Source: Limnothrix sp. BL-A-16 (lineage in GTDB: Bacteria > Cyanobacteriota > Cyanobacteriia > CACIAM-69d). Taken from it: 64,000 nt of DNA. Positions 9,129-18,789 of the stretch are shown one piece after another. The DNA lies in assembly GCA_041937175.2 (NCBI GenBank), contig CP166615.1, positions 3,072,001 through 3,136,000 of the forward strand, in the 5' to 3' direction. Numbering within the stretch: position 1 is the first letter of the stretch; each line of letters begins with the position of its first letter. The position numbers and the translations under genes are program-made. Below the pieces are notes generated by a model, which was not told the DNA's origin, did not search any database, and saw only the letters and a list, made by a program, of their open reading frames with translations.

Positions 9129-10022
9129 ATGGCTAATAGTTGGTGGGAAATCAACATTCGCTGCCACCCATTACTCGAAGACACCGTTTATTGGCGAACT
9201 CAAGATTTTGGTTGCCGAGGCACCTCTAGCCAATATAAAGGCAAGAATTGTTTGATTTCCGCCTATTTGCCCCAAGAGCAGGCGCAACTCTTAGATCTTT
9301 CTGCCCTGGCGCTTTGGTTACGCCAAGATGCCATTTTGGCCAATTTGCCTGAGCCAACAGTCAAATGGAATTTGATTGATGAAGAGGATTGGTCGAGCAG
9401 TTGGAAAGAACATTGGCAGCCGCAAGAAGTGGGCGATCAGTTCTTGATTTGTCCGGCTTGGTTGGATGTGCCGGAAGCGGGTAAGCGGGTAGTGGTGCGT
9501 TTGGATCCGGGGGTTGCCTTTGGCACGGGGGCCCATCCCACCACTCAGCTCTGCATGGAGTCGATGGAGATGCGCTTTGACGGCAAGCCCACGGAGCAGA
9601 TCATTGCGGACATTGGTTGTGGGTCGGGAATTTTGGCGATCGGGGCGTTGTTGGTGGGGGCCAAAACTGCCTACGCGGTGGATATTGATCCCTTATGTTT
9701 GCGGGCAACCCAAGAGAATATTTCACTGAATCAGATTCAGCCCGATCGGGTGCATCTGGAGCAGGGATCTTTTGAGAAGCTACAAGAGATGTTGGGCGAT
9801 CAAAAAGTGGATGGCTTTTTCTGCAATATTTTGGCGGAAGTGATTGTGGATTTGATTCCGCAATTAGAGCAAATTAGCCATCAAAAGACTTGGGGCGTTT
9901 TGAGTGGCATTTTGTTAGATCAAGCCAAGGCAATTTCTGACACGTTGGAGCAAAGTGGTTGGATTGTGGCCACGTTGTGGAAGCGTCAGGAATGGTGCTG
10001 TATTAATGTGCGGCGATCGTAA
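9129..10022 (+). CDS. prmA: 50S ribosomal protein L11 methyltransferase
   Basis: EEDWSSSWKEHW, LDPGVAFGTGAHPTT, DIGCGSGILA, NILAEVI, LSGIL. Confidence 0.95.
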   Translation: MANSWWEINIRCHPLLEDTVYWRTQDFGCRGTSSQYKGKNCLISAYLPQEQAQLLDLSALALWLRQDAILANLPEPTVKWNLIDEEDWSSSWKEHWQPQEVGDQFLICPAWLDVPEAGKRVVVRLDPGVAFGTGAHPTTQLCMESMEMRFDGKPTEQIIADIGCGSGILAIGALLVGAKTAYAVDIDPLCLRATQENISLNQIQPDRVHLEQGSFEKLQEMLGDQKVDGFFCNILAEVIVDLIPQLEQISHQKTWGVLSGILLDQAKAISDTLEQSGWIVATLWKRQEWCCINVRRS

Positions 10023-10178
10023 AGAAATGGATCTAGTTCTGGTTTGATGCTGGTCGAATTGCGATCGCCGGATCATCGCTCATCACCAGCGTCAATTTGC
10101 CCAAGCGCGAGATCGAATCCTGGGCGATCGAACGCTTGGTTGATTGATTACAGCTTTGATCGCAGATTTGATCGCAGA

Positions 10179-10430
10179 TTACAGGTGGCTTTGGGCTGCG
10201 CAAAGTCGGGTAATTTGGCGCTTGGGGCCCACGGAAACCAGATCGCAACTGAGGCGATCGCCCTGGCCCACTTGGCTCAATTGTTGTTTGCCCGCTTGCC
10301 AATGGCTGGCCATTTGGTTGAACCAGCGCCCGGCCAGGTTTCCAGATCTGGCGGAGGCCACATCTTCAACGGTGGCCACCGCGATCGCCCCCAACAAAAC
10401 CATGCTCGCGATTTGAATTAGACGCTTCAT
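10179..10430 (-). CDS. Small hypothetical secreted protein (83 aa)
   Basis: MKRLIQIASMVLLGAIAVATVEDVASA signal peptide; GGAG upstream; two Cys near the C-terminus. Confidence 0.55.
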   Translation of the reverse strand: MKRLIQIASMVLLGAIAVATVEDVASARSGNLAGRWFNQMASHWQAGKQQLSQVGQGDRLSCDLVSVGPKRQITRLCAAQSHL

Positions 10431-10737
10431 AAAAACGGGCACTCCAGCGGATCGTAGCCAGAAATTGGATTCACTCAACAACACCAGCCGATCGGGGTGA
10501 TTGTGCTGCGATGTTCATGGGCTGCGGCGCTCAGCGTTGAATCGCAGGATCGCTCAGCCTGGCACTGCTGCCCAATCCCTGCAACACCACTGCTACAGCC
10601 TTACTGTTGAATATGCCCTGCAACAGGACGATCGCTTCAGGTAGAAGGCCAGTTTAACAACTGCTTGAAGGTTCTGCTGCAAAACGGCTTAAAGACTTGC
10701 TTAAAACCTTGCTTAAAAAATCTGCAGAAATCTTGTT

Positions 10738-11940
10738 TTAGAGTTTTAGTTCTGGCTGAGTCTGGCTAAATGGCAACTCAGCGTTAATGGCATCAATTTG
10801 TTGTTGTTCATATTGATTAATTTCATCGATATAGGTTCGCAAAATGCGATCGAGCCGGGGGTGATAAAGCCGGTGCAGGCTGTGGTTAGGGGTTGCCGGG
10901 AATCCGCGCCGCCGTTTGTGTTGTCCCCCCGCGCCGGGGTCAAAGAGTTGAATTCCGTGGGCGATCGCCCAGTCGATCGGCTCGTAATAACAGGCGTTGA
11001 AGTGCAGATGGTCAATTTCCCGAGTGCAACCCCAATAGCGACCGTAGAGCCGATCGCCCTTGGTGATGCAAAAGGAGAGGGCGATCGGGTGGCGATCGGC
11101 ACCGTGGGCATGGGCCGTAAACAACACCACGCGATCGGCTAATTGATCGGCCAAATCCACAAAAAACTTGCGTGTTAAATACTTACTGCCGCCCCAAAAC
11201 TTCTCGCAAGTGCTGCTGTAAAAATCATAAACCTTGGAAAAATAACCATGGGGAATTTGCGAACCCTGCCAGGTTTTGAACTCCAAGCCACTATTCACCA
11301 TCGATTTGCGCTCGCGCTTAATATTGCGGCGCTGATTGGCGTTGAAGCTAGCTAGATAATCTTCAAACGTTTGGTAGTTATGGCTTGTCCAAATGTAGCT
11401 GTGATGTTTCCAGGTAATGAAATCGCCTAAGGATTCCATGAGTTGTTGCCATTGGGGATCCACAAATAGAAAATGACAGCCCGACACATGATGTCGGCTA
11501 CAAAAATGATCGATTGCCCCCAGCATCATTTCAGTGATTGCCCGTTCATCTTCAGCGGGATCAATTAAGAATCGATAGCCTTCCGCTGGCGTAAAAGGGG
11601 TCATGCCTAACAGCTTGGGATAGTAATCAACCCCTAGGCGATAGGACAAATCTGCCCACTGCTGGTCAAACACAAATTCGCCATAACTGTGTCCCTTGAG
11701 ATACAGGGGAGCCGCCGCCACCAACTTTCCCGATCGGCGCACAACCAAGTGGGATGGCAACCAGCCTTCTTGAGGGATTGCGCTGCCCGATGTTTCCAAA
11801 TTATTCAACCAAGCCCATTCCAAAAAGGGAGTTTTTAGGGGGTTGGCTAATGCATCCCACTCCTGCGGACTCAGATCCGCCATCCGACTAACCCAAGAAA
11901 GTTCGTAGGCAATTTGTTCGGTGGTTGCGGTTTGGGCCAT
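10738..11940 (-). CDS. GNAT/FemAB-like peptidoglycan-associated N-acetyltransferase (DUF482 family)
   Basis: PLYLKGHSYGEFVFDQQWA, YYPKL...PFTP, LYGRYWG, LHFNACYY, PGAGGQHKRRRGF. Confidence 0.9.
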   Translation of the reverse strand: MAQTATTEQIAYELSWVSRMADLSPQEWDALANPLKTPFLEWAWLNNLETSGSAIPQEGWLPSHLVVRRSGKLVAAAPLYLKGHSYGEFVFDQQWADLSYRLGVDYYPKLLGMTPFTPAEGYRFLIDPAEDERAITEMMLGAIDHFCSRHHVSGCHFLFVDPQWQQLMESLGDFITWKHHSYIWTSHNYQTFEDYLASFNANQRRNIKRERKSMVNSGLEFKTWQGSQIPHGYFSKVYDFYSSTCEKFWGGSKYLTRKFFVDLADQLADRVVLFTAHAHGADRHPIALSFCITKGDRLYGRYWGCTREIDHLHFNACYYEPIDWAIAHGIQLFDPGAGGQHKRRRGFPATPNHSLHRLYHPRLDRILRTYIDEINQYEQQQIDAINAELPFSQTQPELKL

Positions 11941-12071
11941 GGTTCACAGGGCGATCGAGGGGGGCTGATCTGGTCAAAATGATGCGCAATCGGTGCTGCT
12001 CGGTCAACGGCAGCGCTTTCGATACCCTAGCGCGATCGCCCTAGGCTTTCAAGGCAAGTGAGACAAATGAC

Positions 12072-12113
12072 AAAACCCCGGAAGGTGGGGTGGTATCCAT
12101 CCTCCGGGGTTTT
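12072..12113 (-). terminator. Intrinsic terminator downstream of the cytochrome b561 gene
   Basis: AAAACCCCGGAAGGTGG...CCATCCTCCGGGGTTTT. Confidence 0.7.
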
Positions 12114-12183
12114 CTCGCTGTGGGGAATCGGCTTTCCTCAGATAATTATCAGATCATTAGAAGTAACTGATGATTACCTGAAA

Positions 12184-12786
12184 TTACTTGAGGGCCGTTT
12201 TGGAATTGCTGGGGGATGATCTTTTCCAAAAGCCTGTCCAACGCCGCCAAAGAGCACGAACAACTTTCCACTGATCGATCGCGTGGGCAATCACAAACAC
12301 CAAGAAGCTATAGGAAAACCAAAAGTGCAAGCCGCGTCCCAAATCCACCATTTCAGAATTTTGGGGAAACAGTTCCGGCACAACAATGCCAAAGAATTTG
12401 ACATTATTAGGTCTAACGGAATTAGACAGAAAAACACCCGTGACCGGAACCACAATCATGAAGCCATAGAGGCTGCTATGCAGCAGAAATACACGCCACC
12501 AATGGGCGGACAGTTTGGGCAGCCGACGGGAATATTTGCGCCACCAAACTCGGAACAACAACAGCACCCGTCCCAACAACAAACCAATGGTTAAAATCCC
12601 GATCGACTTGTGAAAATCATAGAAACCGGGGCGAAAGGAAACCTCGCGCGGCAGTTGGGCCATGAAGGTTCCTCCCACAAACAAAACGAGATAGGCCAGC
12701 GCCATCCACCAATGCAAGGACATCAAATTTTGGAAGGCATTGTTGAGGCGGCGTTTGGGTGGGGCAACCTGGGCAGAATCAGCCAT
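12184..12786 (-). CDS. Di-heme cytochrome b561 (CybB/YceJ family)
   Basis: LHWWMA, HKSIG, LH..LY, LH.....L...HA heme-ligand His motifs in four TM helices. Confidence 0.85.
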   Translation of the reverse strand: MADSAQVAPPKRRLNNAFQNLMSLHWWMALAYLVLFVGGTFMAQLPREVSFRPGFYDFHKSIGILTIGLLLGRVLLLFRVWWRKYSRRLPKLSAHWWRVFLLHSSLYGFMIVVPVTGVFLSNSVRPNNVKFFGIVVPELFPQNSEMVDLGRGLHFWFSYSFLVFVIAHAIDQWKVVRALWRRWTGFWKRSSPSNSKTALK

Positions 12787-13023
12787 GACGTTTGGGAGTT
12801 AGTCATCATTATTTAGTCATAATCATAACGAGTACATATTAAATTGTGGGTACTCGCAGCCACTTGTGGGGATTCAGCCAAACCGGTTGGGCATTGTCGG
12901 GGCGATCGCCACCCACAGCACGGCCCATAAGGGGAAACAGCGCGGTAGCATAGAGTGCGCCAAAGTGTGCGACACAATGCACACCCGAAACCTCAAAATC
13001 TGTCGGCTCGATCGCCCCTTCCT

Positions 13024-13623
13024 ATGGCTGAAAACTGGTTGGAATCCTTGGTTTGGACGGACTACCGCGTGGCGGTTTTGTTTACCGTTTTGATACCGCT
13101 AGGGCTGTTGCTGTGGGCGCTCGTGACCAAGGCCGACGCGCTGCAAAAGCTGATGGTGATCTATTGGCGGGTTTCGAGCCTGCTGGCCATCACGGTGTAT
13201 TTGATGATTGGCTCTTTGCCCGTGAGCTTTGTGGCGGCGCTGGGGGCGCGGGTGCTGATCCCGCTGGGGCTGTGGTTCTGGGTCGATTTAAATGAAGAAA
13301 TTGACGACCAACCCCAAGGCCGATTGAAGTTTGCGTTTAAGGCCTGGCGCTGGGCCATGACGATTTACTGCGCGATCGGGACGGTGGCGCAGGTTTTGAC
13401 CTTGCCCTGTGCCCTGAAACCCACCGAAGTGCTGGTGAAGGATGCGGCTTGCCGTGTTTGGTTGGAACCCACCTGGCTCTATCGGGAATATTTCCACAAC
13501 AATACCAATCCCAGTTTCTTGGGTGTGTTGGGGGTTTTAGGCTTGGCAATTTATGTCATTTATTTGGCCTATTTTGTGGTGTTTCGGTTGGGCAAACAGG
13601 GGCGATCGGCAACGGGGGTTTAG
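13024..13623 (+). CDS. DUF3177 family membrane protein
   Basis: LVWTDYRVAVLFTV..PL.LLLWA, YWRVSSLLAITVYL, LWFWVDLNEEI, RLGKQGRSA; ATG 13024 chosen as start. Confidence 0.8.
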   Translation: MAENWLESLVWTDYRVAVLFTVLIPLGLLLWALVTKADALQKLMVIYWRVSSLLAITVYLMIGSLPVSFVAALGARVLIPLGLWFWVDLNEEIDDQPQGRLKFAFKAWRWAMTIYCAIGTVAQVLTLPCALKPTEVLVKDAACRVWLEPTWLYREYFHNNTNPSFLGVLGVLGLAIYVIYLAYFVVFRLGKQGRSATGV

Positions 13624-13659
13624 GGCCTGTCGTCATTTCCTAGGATCAGGCGGAACCGA

Positions 13660-13744
13660 TTGATTTTCCTTGTCCCAGTCGTTGTAACAAGGGGCTTGAG
13701 CATCTTGTCCCCCACGATCTGCCAACGGCGGAACCAGGGTTTCA
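13660..13744. repeat. 85-bp dispersed repeat, copy A
   Basis: Aligns without gaps to 44776-44860 with about 11 mismatches; contains ACAAGGGGCTTGAGCATCTTGTC. Confidence 0.85.
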
Positions 13745-13854
13745 ATTGAAGCCCTGGGGTCTTGATGTTTCCGTTGCCAAATCTTGAGGGCAAGGGGCTG
13801 ACCGTTCTGGCCCAGGGCGATCGGGGTGTGGATTTGGATCTGCGAGGCGATCGC

Positions 13855-16779
13855 CTAATCCTCTACAAATTGCCGCATTGGAATCTCAATCAAAAAGCTA
13901 GTTGAATGATTCAGTTCCGATCGACAAGTTAACCGGCCGCCATGTCGCTCCACCACAATCTGTTGGGCAATGGACAAACCCAAGCCAGTTCCCTTGCCCA
14001 CATCTTTGGTGGTGAAAAAAGCATCAAACAAGTTTCGTTGCACCTCGGGTGCAATTCCGGGCCCGTTGTCCGTAATCACAATCTGCACCGTTTCGGGATC
14101 GGCCAAGGTGGTGGTGATGGCGATTTGTGGCGGTTCCCGATCGCCCCGCTTGTCCTCATCGATCGCGTCGATCGCATTGGTCAGCAAATTCATAAACACC
14201 TGGTTCATTTGCCCCGCGTAACACTCAACGGGAGGTAAATCGCCATAGTGCTTCTGAATCTGAATCGCTGGGCGTTGATCCGTGGCCTTCAGTCGGTTGC
14301 TCAAAATCATCAGCGTGCTATCCAACCCCGCGTGAATGTCTACGCTTTTCACCTCCGCTTCGTCCAGCCGCGAAAAGGTGCGCAAGGACAGGACAATTTC
14401 GCGAATGCGATCGGTTCCCACCCGCATTGATTTCAACAATTTGGGTAAATCTTCCTGCACAAACGTCACATCAATTTCGTCCGCCAGCTCCAAAATTTCC
14501 GGCGTGGCTTTGGGAAAGGCCAATTGATAGGCAACCAACAGCGCCAACACATCTTGCACGTAGTTGCAGGCATGTTCGAGGTTGCCGTGAATGAAATTCA
14601 CCGGATTATTAATTTCGTGGGCCACTCCCGCCACCATTTGCCCCAAACTGGACATTTTTTCCGTTTGAACCAGTTGTGTTTGGGCTTTTTTCAACACCGT
14701 CAGGGCTTCCGATAATTGGGCAGTGCGTTGTTTCACCCGCTGCTCCAGATCCTTGGCCAAGTCTTGCAGGGCGGCTTCGGCGGCCTCGCGATCGCGCACT
14801 TCCTGCTGAAGTTGCAGGTTTTGGTTGTCCAACTCCTCCTCAGCGAGTTCGCGGCTCTCATCGGTCAGCACCCACCACCAGACCGCAATCCCCGACAAAA
14901 CCAGCAACATCGCATACAAAACCCCAAAGGTTTCCAGCAGCGGCATCGATTCGGCATCGGGTTGCGCGAGGGGCAACTCGGCGATCGGCCCGAGGGTGTA
15001 AACCAGCGCAAAAATTGCCCCCAGCAGGGCCGCCATGGCCGCAAACAACCCCACAAAACGCACCATCCGCTTGCCCAACCGCAAAGACAGGCGATCGCCA
15101 AAAATCGCCCGCGCCACAATGGGAGCCAAGCGCACCTGCTCGCCTGCGGAGGGCTTGCAGGAATCGTGACAATGGGCATCCAGACTGCAACAGAGGGAGC
15201 AGATATGGCCGTCGTAAACGGGACAAAAGGCCAAATCCGATGGCTCATACTCGTTGTCACAAACGCAGCAACTAACCAGGGTGGCGGCCGGAAAATTCAA
15301 GCGCACTTCGTTGGGGCGGGCGATGTAGTAGCGGCCTTGGGTTGCCCAGGCAATCAAGGGCGACAGGCCGAAGGCAATCCCCAGGGCCAAGAACGGCGCA
15401 TAGGCCCGCAGTGTTTCCCCCAAAAGCCCCACAAAGGCCACCATGGCAATGACCGAAGCCACCGCCATTGAGCCAAATCCCACAGGGTTGAAGTTGTAAA
15501 GATAGGCGCGTTTGAACTCAATGTAGGACGGACTGAGTTTGAGCGGTTTGTTAATCACCAAATCCGCCACGATCGCCCCAATCCAAGCGATCGCCACGTT
15601 GGAATAGAGACCCAACACGGCCTCTAGGGTTTCAAACACCCCCAACTCCATCAACAGCAGGGCGATCGACACGTTGAACACCAACCACACCACTCGCCCG
15701 GGGTGGGAATGGGTGAGCCGCGAAAAGAAATTTGACCAGGCCAGGGATCCCGCGTAGGCATTCGTGACGTTGATTTTGATTTGGGAGATGATTACGAAAA
15801 ACACCCCCACCGTCAGCACCACTTGGGGATCGTCAAAAACGGTGGCAAATCCGGCCAAGTACATTTGAATTGGCTCCTTGGCCTTGGCAAAGGAAGCCCC
15901 ATGCTCGATCGCCAAAGTGGCCAAAAAGGCCCCGCCCAACTGCTTGGCCGCCCCCAGCACAATCCAACCGGGCCCCGCCGCCAACACCGCTAACCACCAG
16001 CGAATCCGATTGTTGGGGCCACATTCCGGCAAAAAACGGAGATAGTCTACCTGTTCGCCCAACTGGGCAATCAGAGAAAAGGAAACGGTGGCCGCCGCGC
16101 CAAACAGCAAGGGATCAAAGGCAGCTCCGCTGGGGGAGTTTCCGGCAAAGTGCAGCCAGCGATCGAGGGCGGCCGGTTCCTTGAGGCCCACAAACACGAA
16201 GGGCAACCCCATCAAAATCAGCCAAATCGGTTGAGTCCAAAACTGCAACCGCTCGATCGCCGTGATGCCATAAAACACAATCGGCAACACCACCAAAGAG
16301 CAAAGGATATAGCCCAGCCATAGGGGAAGGTGCCAATAAAGCTCTAGGGCTTGGGCCAGGATCGCCGCTTCCAGCGCAAAGAAAATGAACGTAAAAGAGG
16401 CGTAAATCAGCGAGGTAATGGTTGAGCCAATATAACCAAAGCCTGCGCCTCTGGTGAGCAAGTCAATATCGACATTGTATTTGGCGGCGTAATAGGAAAT
16501 CGGAATTCCGGCTAGGCCAATCAGCAGCCCCACCACCAAAATTGCCCAAAAAGAATTGCTGAATCCATAGCTAATCACTAAGGATCCGCCGATGGCTTCA
16601 AGGGCCAGAAAGGAAATTCCTCCTAAGGCCGTATTGGCAACTAAAAACTCCGACCACTTCCGAAAAGACTGGGGTGCATAGCGAAGGGAATAGTCCTCGA
16701 TCGTCTCGGTGGCTACCCAAGCGTTGTACTCTCGACGCTTCTGCACAACCTTTTTGCGGGGAATATACGGGGTCGTCAT
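13855..16779 (-). CDS. Sensor histidine kinase with N-terminal NCS1/purine-cytosine-permease-like domain
   Basis: RREYNAWVATETIEDYSLRY; about 12 TM helices; Cys-rich linker; GVAHEINNP H-box; N, G1 and G2 boxes (NLLTNAID, DNGPG, GTGLGL). Confidence 0.88.
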   Translation of the reverse strand: MTTPYIPRKKVVQKRREYNAWVATETIEDYSLRYAPQSFRKWSEFLVANTALGGISFLALEAIGGSLVISYGFSNSFWAILVVGLLIGLAGIPISYYAAKYNVDIDLLTRGAGFGYIGSTITSLIYASFTFIFFALEAAILAQALELYWHLPLWLGYILCSLVVLPIVFYGITAIERLQFWTQPIWLILMGLPFVFVGLKEPAALDRWLHFAGNSPSGAAFDPLLFGAAATVSFSLIAQLGEQVDYLRFLPECGPNNRIRWWLAVLAAGPGWIVLGAAKQLGGAFLATLAIEHGASFAKAKEPIQMYLAGFATVFDDPQVVLTVGVFFVIISQIKINVTNAYAGSLAWSNFFSRLTHSHPGRVVWLVFNVSIALLLMELGVFETLEAVLGLYSNVAIAWIGAIVADLVINKPLKLSPSYIEFKRAYLYNFNPVGFGSMAVASVIAMVAFVGLLGETLRAYAPFLALGIAFGLSPLIAWATQGRYYIARPNEVRLNFPAATLVSCCVCDNEYEPSDLAFCPVYDGHICSLCCSLDAHCHDSCKPSAGEQVRLAPIVARAIFGDRLSLRLGKRMVRFVGLFAAMAALLGAIFALVYTLGPIAELPLAQPDAESMPLLETFGVLYAMLLVLSGIAVWWWVLTDESRELAEEELDNQNLQLQQEVRDREAAEAALQDLAKDLEQRVKQRTAQLSEALTVLKKAQTQLVQTEKMSSLGQMVAGVAHEINNPVNFIHGNLEHACNYVQDVLALLVAYQLAFPKATPEILELADEIDVTFVQEDLPKLLKSMRVGTDRIREIVLSLRTFSRLDEAEVKSVDIHAGLDSTLMILSNRLKATDQRPAIQIQKHYGDLPPVECYAGQMNQVFMNLLTNAIDAIDEDKRGDREPPQIAITTTLADPETVQIVITDNGPGIAPEVQRNLFDAFFTTKDVGKGTGLGLSIAQQIVVERHGGRLTCRSELNHSTSFLIEIPMRQFVED

Positions 16780-17373
16780 AGCAGGTCAAAAAGATGACAG
16801 AATGGAGCAATTAATATACGGAGACGATTTGAATCCCCTTGAGCGGGAAATCAATCGATTGCGTTGGTTGCCGAAACTGGGCGATCGCGGCCATGGGCGG
16901 CAATTATGAATAACCATGAATTCCATGGATTTATGGCTAAAGCCGGGTTACACCCAATTAAATGGGCGATCGCGTCAAGGCTTGGCATCAGTACCCGGCA
17001 TTAATGCACGAGTGAATGATCAAATGAATGATCGAAAAGACTGCTGCATCACAACTAGCCCATGGTTCTACCCTAGCGCGCTCCAAAGACTGACGATCGG
17101 GCTAATTCTTGGCAACAGAATTATTGATTATTTATTAATCATATCTATGATATCAATTGTTCTTCGGCCGCTTCTAAAGTGTTGCTCGATTGTCTCAAAG
17201 TTGGCCACATTCACAGCGATTAAACATGCTCAACTGAGTTGTCCCTTGGTTTTAGTATTCCCTGAGACAATTTGCTGAAGATTTATAAATCTCTCTTCAT
17301 TAAAGTTGCGAATTCAGGTCAGTTAGAGATAACCCAAATGTGCCAATGGCGCGTCCCTATGGCACGTAATCGC

Positions 17374-18789
17374 CTAACTGTTCTGATAGTGACCGACCTC
17401 CAGCGGGGGTTCAACCAAGCTGGGTAGGGTGATGGTGACGGTTGTTCCTCGATCGAGCTGACTATCCAAGCGGATTTGACCCTGGTGGACTTGCACGATC
17501 GCCTGGACAATGGCCAGCCCCAACCCCGACCCGGCAGATTGACCAGTGCGATGGCGCGATCGAGCCACATCGGCACGGTAGAAGCGATCGAACAGATGGG
17601 GCAAAGCTTCCGGCGCGATGCCAATGCCGGTGTCTTGGACTTCGAGCTTTAAGGTGGGTTTGCGCAAGTCCCGATCGAGCCGCACCCAAACCCGCCCACC
17701 CGATGGCGTGTATTGAATGGCGTTGCCAATCAGATTGGTGAGCAACCGCGCCAACTGATCTCGATCGCCCCGCACCATCCAGGCTCGCGGATCGGGAATT
17801 TCGCTGAGTTCGGGAATCAATTCCAATTCTTGGCGGGTGGCCAGGGCCATTTGCTCCTCGATCGCCTCCAGCAGCAATTCCGCCAAATCCACCGTTCCCC
17901 ACTGGGGTTGCACAATGCCGCTATCTTGGCGGGCCAAAAACAACAGATCGTCCACCAATTTTCCCAGGCGGCGAGTTAACCGCTCGATCGCCTCCAACTG
18001 CGATCGCTCCATTTGGGGATCAGTTTCCGCCAGCGCCACCTGCACATTGGTTTGAATGGTGGCGATCGGGTTGCGCAGTTCGTGGGATGCGTCGGCCGTG
18101 AACTGCCGCAAGCGTTGGTAAGACTCGCGCACCGGTTCCATGGCCAACCCCGACAGCCACCACCCGATCGCCCCGACAGCCCCAATCAACGCCACCACCC
18201 CCAAGCTCAGGTCGATCGCCAACTGCTGGGCCGGTTTGGTGACCTCAAACCAAGGGTGACTGACTCGCAAATAGCCCAAGGGTTGCCCACCCAGCGCGAT
18301 GGACTGGGTACGTTGCCGCAACACCAATGGCGGTTCCACCGGGCCCCGCCCCTCAACTGGCTTTCCGGGCCCATCACGCAGCACTTTCACCGTTTCGCTT
18401 TTGCGCGTGGGATGCAGGGGAATGGTCAAAGGTTCCGCAAAACTGGTCCAAAGCTGCTGGCCCGTGGGGCTAAACCACTCCAAATCGATGCGATCGTCTT
18501 CCACATCATTCCAAACCGTACCCGTGTTGTCCCGAAAGCTGGCTTCCAGGTTCACCCGGGCCCGAGTAATCATCTGCTGTGGATCGATGGCGGCCAGGTC
18601 GCGCACCTGCACCGATTCAATCACCAGCGATCGAGCAACCAGTTCGATCGCATGTTCGATCGTGTCATCCACCCGATCGACCAGCGTGGCCCTCGCATAA
18701 CCATAAAAGGTGATCGCAGCCACCAGCACCAACACTGCTGTTACGGTCGCGTACCAAAGGGCCAGCCGTCGCCGCGTTGTCTGAAACAC
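17374..18789 (-). CDS. manS: Two-component sensor histidine kinase, ManS (Hik27)-like
   Basis: GTG start; MFQTTRRRLALWY N-terminus resembles cyanobacterial ManS (from recall); ADASHELRNP, NLIGNAIQYT, DTGIG, GSGLGL. Confidence 0.7.
   Translation of the reverse strand: MFQTTRRRLALWYATVTAVLVLVAAITFYGYARATLVDRVDDTIEHAIELVARSLVIESVQVRDLAAIDPQQMITRARVNLEASFRDNTGTVWNDVEDDRIDLEWFSPTGQQLWTSFAEPLTIPLHPTRKSETVKVLRDGPGKPVEGRGPVEPPLVLRQRTQSIALGGQPLGYLRVSHPWFEVTKPAQQLAIDLSLGVVALIGAVGAIGWWLSGLAMEPVRESYQRLRQFTADASHELRNPIATIQTNVQVALAETDPQMERSQLEAIERLTRRLGKLVDDLLFLARQDSGIVQPQWGTVDLAELLLEAIEEQMALATRQELELIPELSEIPDPRAWMVRGDRDQLARLLTNLIGNAIQYTPSGGRVWVRLDRDLRKPTLKLEVQDTGIGIAPEALPHLFDRFYRADVARSRHRTGQSAGSGLGLAIVQAIVQVHQGQIRLDSQLDRGTTVTITLPSLVEPPLEVGHYQNS

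Noticed and set aside
16780..17373. NtcA site or riboswitch upstream of the permease-kinase; ORF 16916-17278
   Set aside because: No GTA-N8-TAC or recognisable aptamer found by eye; the ORF lacks protein-like features.
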